From Bacillota bacterium (GTDB lineage Bacteria > Bacillota > JAAYKD01), in contig OY762825.2 of the NCBI GenBank assembly GCA_963666425.2, positions 1,184,001 to 1,248,000 of the forward strand: a stretch of DNA of 64,000 nucleotides, read 5' to 3'. Of the stretch, positions 19,733 to 29,098 are shown in pieces; within the stretch, counting starts at the first letter, position 1; the number at the start of each line of letters is the position of its first letter. The notes beneath the pieces were generated by a model. It did not search any database, had not been told where the DNA came from, and saw nothing but the letters and a program-made list of their open reading frames with translations. The translations under genes were made by a program, and so were the position numbers.

Positions 19733-20922
19733 CAATTACCAATGCGACTCTGGTTACAATTTCCGGTCCGATCATTGAGAAGGGAACCATCATCCTCGAC
19801 AGCGGTAAAATCGTTGCGGTCGGAAAAGACCTGACGATTCCGTCTGATGCCGAAGTCATCGACGCGGAAGGCAAATATGTCATGCCGGGTATTGTGGAAG
19901 CGCACTGCCATATCGGTGTGATGGACTTTGATAACAATGACGATGACAATCAGTATGATGCCGATGGCGCACCCAACGGCGGCGCCGGCTTCGGTCCGGC
20001 TGTCACACCGGAATTAATGAGCTATTATACCTTCAATCCGCGCCATGTCCAAGTGAAGCAGTCTCTGGCATCTGGTGTCACGACCATGCTGACCCGTCCG
20101 GGTTCCGGTAAGATCATCTCCGGCATGGGTATGGTGGTAAAAACCTATGGCAAGAACCGCAAAGAAATGGTTCTGCTCAATCCGGCGGAGGTCAAAATGG
20201 CGTTGGGTGAAAATCCCAAGCGCAACTTTGGCTCCCGCAATCAGTCTCCCTCCACCCGCATGGGCAGCGGCGCTCTGCTGCGTGATGCTTTCATAAAAGC
20301 AAAAGCGTATATGGCCAAACGGGAAAAAGATCCCGAGACTCCGCTCAATTTTCAAATGGAACCTCTGGTCAAATTGCTGAAGGGCGAATTGGTTGCGCAT
20401 GTGCATGCCCATCGTGCCGATGATATCATGATGGCCCTGCGCGCTTCCGACGAATTCGGTTTTAAATTAACCATTGAACATGCTTCCGAAGCGCATCTGC
20501 TGCTGGAGGAATTGAAAAAACGCAACGTCCCCTGCATCCTCGGTCCCACCATGGCTCGCACGAAAGTTGAAACCGCCCGCAAGGATTTTGCTTCCGCCGG
20601 TATTTTGGAACGAGCCGGGATCAAAGTCTGCATTACCACCGATGCCGGTGTGGTACCGCAGGAGTATTTACGCACTTGCGTTTGCCTCAGTCACCGTGCC
20701 GGCATGAGCGAAGCAGGCTCTCTGCGTGCTATGACCTTAACCTCTGCCGAAATCATTGGCGTAGCCGACCGTCTCGGTTCTTTGGATGTCGGTAAAGACG
20801 CAGACGTTCTGGTGCTGAACGGTCATCCTCTGGAATTGATGACTCAGGTCGAACAGGTTTACGTCAATGGCAGACTCGCTTTTGATATTCATCGGGATAA
20901 AGAAGATTGGGAGATGGCTTAA
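19726..20922 (+). CDS. Amidohydrolase-family protein 2, metal ligands intact
   Basis: EAHCH, KMALGENPK, HAHRADD, EH, TTD; start 19726 overlaps the stop of gene 1. Confidence 0.9.
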   Translation: MLAITNATLVTISGPIIEKGTIILDSGKIVAVGKDLTIPSDAEVIDAEGKYVMPGIVEAHCHIGVMDFDNNDDDNQYDADGAPNGGAGFGPAVTPELMSYYTFNPRHVQVKQSLASGVTTMLTRPGSGKIISGMGMVVKTYGKNRKEMVLLNPAEVKMALGENPKRNFGSRNQSPSTRMGSGALLRDAFIKAKAYMAKREKDPETPLNFQMEPLVKLLKGELVAHVHAHRADDIMMALRASDEFGFKLTIEHASEAHLLLEELKKRNVPCILGPTMARTKVETARKDFASAGILERAGIKVCITTDAGVVPQEYLRTCVCLSHRAGMSEAGSLRAMTLTSAEIIGVADRLGSLDVGKDADVLVLNGHPLELMTQVEQVYVNGRLAFDIHRDKEDWEMA

Positions 20923-20931
20923 GGAGGGATC

Positions 20932-22083
20932 ATGATGTTTGCAATCAAGAATGCCCGCCTTTTTACCATGTCGCACGGCAGAGTAGAAAACGGCAGCCTG
21001 TTGGTCAAAGATGGTGTGATTGCGGCAGTTGGCGCAGAAATTGAGATTCCGGCTGATTGTCCCGTCCTTGACGCCGGTGGCAAAGTCCTGACACCCGGTT
21101 TGGTCGAAGCCTGCGGCCGTCCCGGCTTGCACGAAGAAGTTGTTGGTGCCATTGGTGCCGATGAAGATGAAACCCAAGAAAAAATGGGTGCCTATTTACG
21201 CGCTCTGGACGGAATTTTACCCAACGATCCCTCTTTTGACGATGCTTTGCGCGGTGGGGTAACCACGGTTAATATTTGCCCCGGCACCTCTGCCATCGTA
21301 GCCGGTCAGAGTGTCATCGTGCATACCGCCGGCAGTCCGATTATCGACCGCCGCATCCTCAAGCAGCCCTTTGCTTTGTTCGTTAATCTGGTAGGCGGCG
21401 GCAATCCCATGACAGGCTTGCGTGACCGCAGCGAAATGGTGGCAAAACTGATCAGCGAGCTGCAGAAAGCCAAAGAATGGCTGGCCAAACGCGATAAAGC
21501 CCTGGCAGAAGGCAAAACAGCACCGGAGGCAGGCTTTCGCCTGGCGCCGATGGTCGCTGTCCTGGAAGGCAAACTGCCGCTGATCATGCAGGTGGTCTAT
21601 TTGCACGATATTCTCAATGCCCTGGAATTGGCGGAGCAATGGGGTTTCCGCTTGATTTTACAGCGGATCAGCGAAGCCTATTATTGCGTGGAAGATTTGC
21701 TGCAGGCAAAGGTACCGATGATCGTTGGACCAATTCTGATGAATCGCCGCGGTTTGTTCAGCACCACCTCGCACAAAACACCGGGGATCCTGCAGCAAGC
21801 CGGCTTGAAATTTGCCCTTTCCACCGAACACCCGCAAACCGGGATCGATTATCTGGTAACAACCGCCGCCATCGCCAATCGGGAAGGCATGGACGACGAG
21901 GAAGCGCTGAAAGCCATCACCCTCTACCCTGCCCAATTGCTTGGTCTCGACAGTCAGCTCGGTTCTCTGGATGTGGGTAAAAAAGCAGACCTGGTCTTAT
22001 GGACCGACCACCCCTTTGAAACAAAAAGCTACGTGGAACAGGTGTGGATCGATGGTCTGCCGGTTTACGAAAGGAGGCAATGA
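20932..22083 (+). CDS. Amidohydrolase-family protein 3, metal ligands absent (probable pseudoenzyme)
   Basis: LTPGLVEACGR in place of HxH; no carbamylatable Lys; GSLDVGKKAD retained. Confidence 0.85.
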   Translation: MMFAIKNARLFTMSHGRVENGSLLVKDGVIAAVGAEIEIPADCPVLDAGGKVLTPGLVEACGRPGLHEEVVGAIGADEDETQEKMGAYLRALDGILPNDPSFDDALRGGVTTVNICPGTSAIVAGQSVIVHTAGSPIIDRRILKQPFALFVNLVGGGNPMTGLRDRSEMVAKLISELQKAKEWLAKRDKALAEGKTAPEAGFRLAPMVAVLEGKLPLIMQVVYLHDILNALELAEQWGFRLILQRISEAYYCVEDLLQAKVPMIVGPILMNRRGLFSTTSHKTPGILQQAGLKFALSTEHPQTGIDYLVTTAAIANREGMDDEEALKAITLYPAQLLGLDSQLGSLDVGKKADLVLWTDHPFETKSYVEQVWIDGLPVYERRQ

Positions 22084-22084
22084 A

Positions 22085-23290
22085 TTGGCTAAATATGCAA
22101 TCACAGCCGCGCGGATCTATACGGTTGATACCGCCGGTGTGCTGGATCACGGCATCCTCTTAGTGGATGGCAGCAAGATCATTGCCGTAGCGGATCACCT
22201 CAGCATTCCTTCCGACTACGAACTGGTTGATTTCGGTGGGCAGCAGATTATGCCCGGTATGGTAGAAGCACACAGCCATTTAGTGACGCACGACTGGAAT
22301 CAAAACGAATATGCAGAAAGCGATCTGAACGGCGCCTCGCTTGGCATCGCCTGTTCGCCGGATGTCGATTATTTTTATCACTTTGATCCGCGTCACCGTC
22401 ACCTCAACGATGCGCTGGCAGGCGGCGTTACCACCGCCAATATTCTGCCCGGCAGCGGCAAGATCATCACAGGTGTCGGTTTTGCCGCCAAAATGGCCGG
22501 CAAAACCAGAGAAGATTTGTTGCTCAAACGCAATACCGGCGTAAAAATCGCTTTGGGAGAAAACCCGAAACGGGCTGTCGGTTCTAAGGGCGTGATTCCT
22601 ACTACCCGGATGGGTTCTGCCGCTGTGCTGCGCGAAACCTTGCGCAAAGCGCAGGAATACATGGCAAAAAAGGAAACTGCGCTGGCAGATGGCAAAGAAT
22701 TCGCCCTCAATACACAATTGGAACCGCTGATTCCTTTACTGAAACGGGAGGTGCCCGGCAAAATTCACGCGCACCGAGCAGATGACATGATGACCGCCAT
22801 GCGGATTGCCGATGAATTTCAGCTGATCATCACCCTGGAACACACCACCAGCGGCCATTTGCTGACGGATGAGATCAAAAAGCGCCAGATCATGTGTACG
22901 CTGGGACCAACTTTTGGTTCCCGCGGCAAACAGGAAGTGCATGCCAAAGAGTATCGTACCGCCGCTGTACTGGAAGAAGCCGGTATTCTCTTTTCTTTCA
23001 CCACCGATGCTTCCGTAATGGCAATTGAACTGCTGCGTTTGAGCGGTTCTTTGGCTTGGAAAGAAGGCTGTTCGGAAGAAACAACCCTGAAAGCGCTGAC
23101 CTTGCATGGCGCAAAAATCACCGGCGTCGCCGACCGGGTTGGTTCGCTGGCGGTTGGTAAGGATGCCGATTTTGCAGTTTACAACGGCCATCCCCTTTCC
23201 ATTCGCAGCAGCTGTATCGAGACCTGGGTCAACGGCGAAAAAGTCTGGGATAAAGCCACCTGGCTGGAACCTTGGCAGCGTGGATACTAA
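22085..23290 (+). CDS. Amidohydrolase-family protein 4, metal ligands intact
   Basis: EAHSH, KIALGENPK, HAHRADD, EH, TTD; TTG start behind AAGGAGG. Confidence 0.9.
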   Translation: MAKYAITAARIYTVDTAGVLDHGILLVDGSKIIAVADHLSIPSDYELVDFGGQQIMPGMVEAHSHLVTHDWNQNEYAESDLNGASLGIACSPDVDYFYHFDPRHRHLNDALAGGVTTANILPGSGKIITGVGFAAKMAGKTREDLLLKRNTGVKIALGENPKRAVGSKGVIPTTRMGSAAVLRETLRKAQEYMAKKETALADGKEFALNTQLEPLIPLLKREVPGKIHAHRADDMMTAMRIADEFQLIITLEHTTSGHLLTDEIKKRQIMCTLGPTFGSRGKQEVHAKEYRTAAVLEEAGILFSFTTDASVMAIELLRLSGSLAWKEGCSEETTLKALTLHGAKITGVADRVGSLAVGKDADFAVYNGHPLSIRSSCIETWVNGEKVWDKATWLEPWQRGY

Positions 23291-23344
23291 TTGAAATAGC
23301 CGCTCACCAATGAACCGCTTTTTGTCAAGTAAGCAATCAAAAAT

Positions 23345-23389
23345 AAAAAAACGGACGGATTATCAAAAGTTAATCCGTTCGTTTTTTTT
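23345..23389. terminator. Terminator after the amidohydrolase operon
   Basis: aaaaaaacggacggatta..taatccgttcgtttttttt. Confidence 0.75.
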
Positions 23390-23661
23390 AACGACCTTGT
23401 TTGTAAAATACACCATTGTTATAATTCTTCTAAAAGCCATAAGTCAAGCAAATAGAGAACGAATACAATTTACATTAACGGGGCGTGGCAATAAAATTTA
23501 CAGACAGATAACCCCGGCTGGCTTCGCTTTGAAAATACACCCGCTAATTTATAATCTATGGTATGAAGTTATCTACGATGATTTGTTCTCTGCAAGATTT
23601 TTACAAAACCAATATCATTAACATAAATCTCACGAATTAACGAAACACTGGATTACTATCA

Positions 23662-24543
23662 TTAGCTCCAGTTGTTCGATTTTCCCATATCCGGATATTG
23701 CTGAAGCAATTTATTATTGGCAATTTCAAGTTGTTTATAGTACTCAGCGTAGGAGGTACTCAGCCTTTTCATTGCAGGAATGAAGATATCATAATAGCCG
23801 CTCGTGCTATTGAACTCTTTTAGTAAAGACTGAATTCTAAAAATAGGTGAATTTCTGAATTCATCAGATAGTTTGAATGCTAAATACTGATCTAGCATTT
23901 CCTTGTTCTGAGATAAAAATTCTTCTGGATTTTCAATAGAATGCTTTGCACTTTCTATCATTTGAGTAATATTCTCAGTGCTTATATGCTTTGTGTTTTC
24001 AATAAAATATTCCTGCAGATCCTGTGGGAAGTTAAGTGGTGGTACCTCATCCAAAAATGTCACTACTTCTTGATAAGCAGCTCTCTGCTTATCTGTCACA
24101 ATCAGTTCATTCAAAAAACGAGCAAAATGCAGACAAATAAACCTACCATAATATCCCGGGAACGCATTCAATAGCTTTTCCGTAACTGATGCACCTTGTT
24201 CGATTACCATTAATTCCTCTTCTATTTCAGAATAACTCTTGCCACAACTCAGCTCATCAAGTATAGCTTTCTTTGCCTGTTCCCTCTGAACATTCAATTC
24301 ACTTTGAACCGATAACTTTTGTAACATGTCTCCGGTGTCATCATCAAGTACTTTTTTGATTTCTTCTACACTTATTCCCAATTTACGAAGAACAGAGATT
24401 TTCTTTAATCGCTCTACATCCTTTTCGTTGAAATCTCTATACCCATTCTCTAGAATGGCAGGAGAAATCAATTCTTGTTCTGTGTAATACTCAATTGCTT
24501 TTTTTGTTAAATCTGTTACTTTACTTGCGGCCTTTATTAGCAT
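23662..24543 (-). CDS. MerR-family transcriptional regulator with a long C-terminal domain, AT-rich
   Basis: LTKKAIEYYTEQELISP..ENGYRDF..LRKLGISVEEIK MerR HTH. Confidence 0.9.
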   Translation of the reverse strand: MLIKAASKVTDLTKKAIEYYTEQELISPAILENGYRDFNEKDVERLKKISVLRKLGISVEEIKKVLDDDTGDMLQKLSVQSELNVQREQAKKAILDELSCGKSYSEIEEELMVIEQGASVTEKLLNAFPGYYGRFICLHFARFLNELIVTDKQRAAYQEVVTFLDEVPPLNFPQDLQEYFIENTKHISTENITQMIESAKHSIENPEEFLSQNKEMLDQYLAFKLSDEFRNSPIFRIQSLLKEFNSTSGYYDIFIPAMKRLSTSYAEYYKQLEIANNKLLQQYPDMGKSNNWS

Positions 24544-24562
24544 ATTATTTCACCTCAATATA

Positions 24563-24593
24563 ATTATAGGCTAGCACCGAAGGTGCTAGTCAA
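24563..24593 (-). promoter_or_regulatory. MerR-type promoter/operator, autoregulatory
   Basis: TTGACT-N19-TATAAT with a perfect dyad CTAGCACC-N3-GGTGCTAG (24571-24589) over the spacer. Confidence 0.85.
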
Positions 24594-24975
24594 TAGGCAA
24601 AATAGAAATTTTCCATTTCACATTCAGTTAAATTTGCAACGTATTATTAAGAATCTGAAAATGTCACCTGACACATAGAACTTTTTGGTATTATCTTTGA
24701 AAATTCATATGTCATCTATAAAACGTCCCAAAAACGGAGATCAAAAAATGTTCTTTTTGGCCTTGCTGATGGATATCATAATAATCCAGCGGAAGATATT
24801 TACCCGTTTGGACAAGTTGTGCATCTGATACTGAGAGTGTTTTTTAATTCCCAGATGGGTCCAGACGCTGCGCTGTGCCAACACCCCCGTCCCCCTGGAA
24901 CGGTCCTGAAAGAAAATGCAAAGCGATTGCGAAACAGTGAATAGTAATCATTAGGATGACAATAAATTTTTTTAA

Positions 24976-25008
24976 GGGCTGCAGCAATTTTCCGTTTTGC
25001 TACAGCCC
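24976..25008. repeat. Dispersed palindromic repeat copy 2; likely terminator of the aminotransferase gene
   Basis: gggctgcagcaattttccgttttgctacagccc. Confidence 0.7.
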
Positions 25009-25062
25009 CATTTTTTTATTTGGTTTTCATTTCAGTTGGTTTTCTCTTCTGGTCTGATCGGG

Positions 25063-26259
25063 TTATTTCGCTTCTTTCAATAACGCTTCGACTCTGTCCA
25101 GACCTTCTTTGATGTTTTTCATGCTGGTGGCATAGGAGAAGCGCATATATCCTTCGGCTTCAAAAGCCACACCGGGAACAATGGCTACTTTCGCCTCATT
25201 GAGCAGCAAGTCACATAACTCGGTGGAAGTGCCGATTTTAACACCATGAATGGTTTTGCCAAAGACACCTTTGACATTGGCAAAGACGTAGAAGGCGCCA
25301 CCCGGTTTACGGCAGGACAAGCCAGGAATGGCATTGACCCGCTCGACCAGGTAGTTGCGCCGTTTTTCGAATTCTACCCGCATCGCTTCAATCGATTCCT
25401 GCGGACCGTTCAGGGCGGTGACAGCGGCTTTTTGAGCAATATTGCAGGGATTGGCGGTGATGTGGCTTTGCATGCTGCCCATGACTTTGGCAATACCGGC
25501 GTCACAAGCGGTATAACCGATCCGCCAGCCGGTCATGGCGTAGCTTTTAGAAACACCGTTGATCACGATCGTCCGTTTTTTGATTTCTTCGCCTAAATTG
25601 ACAATGGAGGTGTAAACACGGCCATCGTATAACAACTGTGCGTAAATTTCATCGGCAATTACATAAATGTCGTTTTCAACGCAAAGATCGGCAATCGCCT
25701 GCAAATTCTCTTTGCTGTAAACACCACCGGTGGGATTGGAGGGGGAATTGAGCAGCAAAACCTTGGTCTTTGGCGTGATCGCCGCTTTTAATTCAGAGGC
25801 CACCATGACAAAATCATTCTCTTCTTTGGTTTCCACAAAAACAGGAACGCCACCAAGCAAACGAATTTGTTCGGTATAGCTGACCCAGCAAGGAGTAGGC
25901 AGAATCACTTCGTCGCCGTCATCCAATAAAGCAGCGAACGCATTGTAAAGGGAATGCTTGGCGCCATTGGAGACCACAATCTGATTGGGCTGATAATCCT
26001 GGTCAAAATTGATTTTCAGGCGGTTGCAGACCGCTTTTTTCAGGTCCGGTAAACCGGATGCGTCGGTATAACGGGTAAAATGCTGATTAATTGCCTCAAT
26101 ACCGGCCTGCCCGATGTGATCCGGCGTGTTAAAATCCGGTTCTCCAACCGCAAAACTGATGACATCCAAGCCTTGCGCCATCATGGCTTTGGCTTTGGCA
26201 TCCAAAGCGAGAGTGGGAGAGGGACTGATTTGACGAGCGCGTTTGGAAATTGCTTTCAT
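25063..26259 (-). CDS. aspC: Aspartate aminotransferase (class I PLP-dependent)
   Basis: GEPDF, NSPSNPTG, DEIY, SKSYAMTGWRIG. Confidence 0.88.
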   Translation of the reverse strand: MKAISKRARQISPSPTLALDAKAKAMMAQGLDVISFAVGEPDFNTPDHIGQAGIEAINQHFTRYTDASGLPDLKKAVCNRLKINFDQDYQPNQIVVSNGAKHSLYNAFAALLDDGDEVILPTPCWVSYTEQIRLLGGVPVFVETKEENDFVMVASELKAAITPKTKVLLLNSPSNPTGGVYSKENLQAIADLCVENDIYVIADEIYAQLLYDGRVYTSIVNLGEEIKKRTIVINGVSKSYAMTGWRIGYTACDAGIAKVMGSMQSHITANPCNIAQKAAVTALNGPQESIEAMRVEFEKRRNYLVERVNAIPGLSCRKPGGAFYVFANVKGVFGKTIHGVKIGTSTELCDLLLNEAKVAIVPGVAFEAEGYMRFSYATSMKNIKEGLDRVEALLKEAK

Positions 26260-26442
26260 TTTCTATTTCCTCCGTTTCATAATCAGGTTTTGCAGAGCAG
26301 TTCTGCAAAGGAACTGTTCTTACCTGTTTTGCAACTCTTTTTTCATTCTAGAATGGCTGGTAAAAACCTTCCGATCTACAGAAAATAACCAAAGACAGTC
26401 ATAAATCTGCTGATTAAGCGATAAATGGACAATTTCTTGGCA

Positions 26443-27276
26443 TTACAGCAGGTGAAAATCCGGCTTTCGCTGATGAAAAGTAGTGAAATATCGAAAACCC
26501 GCTGCACGCGCCAAAGCATAGCCTTGCTCTAGACCATAAGCTAAACTACCCGGGGCATGCGCATCCGAACCCAGAGTCAGAATTTCTCCGCCCATTTCGC
26601 GGTACCATTGCAATAAAGTGAGATTCGGCATCGTTTCCTGGCAGGACTGCCGCAGACCGGATGTATTAATTTCAATGCCTTTGCCTCGGCGAATCAGATT
26701 GGCAAAGGCAGTTCGGATTTGTTCTTCGTATTTATGCGCCTGAAAGGGACCGAATTTCTCCGTGCCGAAACGTTTAATGATGTCACAATGCGCCACCACA
26801 TCAAAAAAATCCATACCGGAAAGCAGAATTAAATCATCGAAATAAACCGGGTAAGTTTCCGCTTCGCCCAAGCCATCCCGCCATGGCACACTGATAGTCA
26901 TCCCGCTCTCATGCATCAGATGAATGGAAGCCAGCACAAAATCATAGGGCTGTGCCTCGATCAGTGCTTGGGCTTGCTGCGGCGCATGATGGCCTTGCCC
27001 CGCTTCCACCCCATAACCAATTTTGATTCGCCGATCAAATTGCCGGCGTGCCGAAGCTATTTGCTGCCAGTAATCCGTCTCATCCATAAAACCGGAGCGC
27101 GGTCCGTTGTTCAGGTTTTTGGTCTGACTGCGCTCTCTTTCATCAAAATCCAAATGCTCGGTAAAGCAGATTTCCTCTAAACCCAGTTCGATTGCTTTCT
27201 CGATCTGCTCTGCCATACTAGCTCTGCTGTCCAGGGAAACCCTGGAGTGCAAATGAAAATCCGCGTAATAACTCAA
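26443..27276 (-). CDS. PHP-family histidinol-phosphatase-like protein (HisJ family)
   Basis: DFHLHS, FTEH, GVEAG, SIH, EINTSGL, GSDAH. Confidence 0.85.
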   Translation of the reverse strand: MSYYADFHLHSRVSLDSRASMAEQIEKAIELGLEEICFTEHLDFDERERSQTKNLNNGPRSGFMDETDYWQQIASARRQFDRRIKIGYGVEAGQGHHAPQQAQALIEAQPYDFVLASIHLMHESGMTISVPWRDGLGEAETYPVYFDDLILLSGMDFFDVVAHCDIIKRFGTEKFGPFQAHKYEEQIRTAFANLIRRGKGIEINTSGLRQSCQETMPNLTLLQWYREMGGEILTLGSDAHAPGSLAYGLEQGYALARAAGFRYFTTFHQRKPDFHLL

Positions 27277-27290
27277 AACAATATCACTTC

Positions 27291-28070
27291 TTACTTTCGT
27301 TTTTCAAAATCATCAAAATCATTCCCGGCATCGGATGCTTGCACCGGCAGGGTAGCCCAGAAGTCATCCGTACAGCAATCCGCTAAGCGAATTTCACTGT
27401 AATCCGCCGCTAATAAAAAGGGATTCCGCTCCGTCATGATATGGAGCTGCTCCATTTCGTCCTCATAATGCACTCGGGTCAGGTTGCCCTGACGCAGCCG
27501 CAGTTTCAGGTCATCCGCCAAGGCGCGATAACACCAGCCTTTTGGTGCGATTTCTGCCCGGACCAACATCAAGCGCAAGGCTCCTTCCCCCATCAGTGAA
27601 ACAGCGCAGCGAAGTTTCTCTAAACTGTCTCCCATGGGGGTGCAGAGATAGAGCCGGCAGATCAAGGCGCGTTCCTGATAAATCGTGCAGAGCTCGTCTT
27701 TTAGAAAAGGACAGGGGTGTTTTTTCCACTGCGGGAAAGGCAAATTTTCTGACAGGTCCAGCCATTTTTGTGCAAAAGCTGTCAAGTCAAGCTGCTGCTG
27801 GTCAGCCAGGCGCCGGACAGATAAATAATCCGGTGTGACATCATAATGGTGGCAGCAATTCGCCCGGCAGCCGGCACAAACACCATAGCGCGTCTGCAGC
27901 CTTGGTTTGAGCAGATTGGCGTCATCCGTGGCCAGCTGCATCGCCTCCAGCAGATCCGCTACGGTTGCTGTTTGATTCAGTGCACACAGGACCAGTTGGG
28001 CTTCCCCGCTTTCATAAGACGTTTCTAAAGCCAGCATCAATTGCATCTCCCTTCTATAATATACTCTCAA
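27291..28070 (-). CDS. YkgJ-family cysteine cluster protein
   Basis: CAGCRANCC and CPFL...CTIYQERALICRLYLC; start uncertain. Confidence 0.8.
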   Translation of the reverse strand: MRVYYRREMQLMLALETSYESGEAQLVLCALNQTATVADLLEAMQLATDDANLLKPRLQTRYGVCAGCRANCCHHYDVTPDYLSVRRLADQQQLDLTAFAQKWLDLSENLPFPQWKKHPCPFLKDELCTIYQERALICRLYLCTPMGDSLEKLRCAVSLMGEGALRLMLVRAEIAPKGWCYRALADDLKLRLRQGNLTRVHYEDEMEQLHIMTERNPFLLAADYSEIRLADCCTDDFWATLPVQASDAGNDFDDFEKRK

Positions 28071-28207
28071 TCAATCTCTTCCGCTATGCTAAGAGCCTTT
28101 TCGTCCGCTGTCAAGCTTTTTCTTTTTTTGCAGTGATGAAAAAGCAGCGAACCAAAGCGTCCCGGCAGTTCGCTGCTTGATCAAGAACATTCGCCACAGA
28201 AATGCTG

Positions 28208-28696
28208 CTATTTTTCCGGATAGCTCGCTTTGCCGCTGATGCTGCTGATTGTAATTTCCAAGAGGGCAACCGAATCGGCGGCTTTTTCGTCGATCGGAGG
28301 TAATTGAATCGCTGGATCATGCTTGAGCACGAGCTGCATCAAACGATTTTCTTTCTGTGGATGCTGTTCCAGCAGGCTGCAATGCCCCATCACAATCACA
28401 CTCTCATAAAAAGCGCCGTAACCGCAGAAAGTATCGGCTTTCTTTAATTGCAGCATGCGGCTGACTGAAAAGCAAACCAGCGGATTTTGCTGCAGCCAGA
28501 GCAGTTTCTTACCTGCTTTGGCAGAATGAATATAAATTTTACCATCAGCATAAAGATAATTGACCGGAATCGTATAGGGTTCGTTCTGTAACGCCATCGC
28601 AAGATTGCCAAATTCACCCTGTTCAAGAATCCCGATTGCCTCATCCCTGGTCAGCGCTCTGTCACTGCGGCGCATGGTTACTGCTTCTTTTTCCAT
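28208..28696 (-). CDS. Pyridoxamine 5'-phosphate oxidase-like flavin-binding protein (NimA-like)
   Basis: MRRSDR, PYTIPVNY, IYIHSAKAGKK, YESVIVMG, ISGK. Confidence 0.85.
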   Translation of the reverse strand: MEKEAVTMRRSDRALTRDEAIGILEQGEFGNLAMALQNEPYTIPVNYLYADGKIYIHSAKAGKKLLWLQQNPLVCFSVSRMLQLKKADTFCGYGAFYESVIVMGHCSLLEQHPQKENRLMQLVLKHDPAIQLPPIDEKAADSVALLEITISSISGKASYPEK

Positions 28697-29098
28697 TTCA
28701 CGTCACTCCTCTGCTATTTTTCAGAATCTCATCTTACCCTTGTCCTCTGACAGGTCGAGAAAAGCCATTCCCGTTCTTTACTTACTCTGTTTATTTCTAT
28801 CAGCGCAGCGTTTCTCCTGCCAGACCAGGATTTTTTTCTGCTTTGACGCTTGCTTCCCGCTACAGATCTGCTCCACTGTATCTCTTCTCTTCTCTCATTC
28901 TGACCAGATCTGCAGCTTGTCTGCATATGTGAAAAATAAATTAAATATCTACAAAAAAAACTTCTGAAATCTACTGAAATGCTATTGCATATTTATTCTA
29001 TGTTTGGTATATTATTGCACAAGCTTATTGTTTCCTGCGCCACACCAGCTGGGGACCGCGGTAAAACGATATCAAAAAAAATAGGAGGAAATAACACA

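Noticed and set aside
24600-24960. Non-coding stretch beside the palindromic repeat, possible IS remnant
   Set aside because: Only short interrupted frames; no assignable homology by eye
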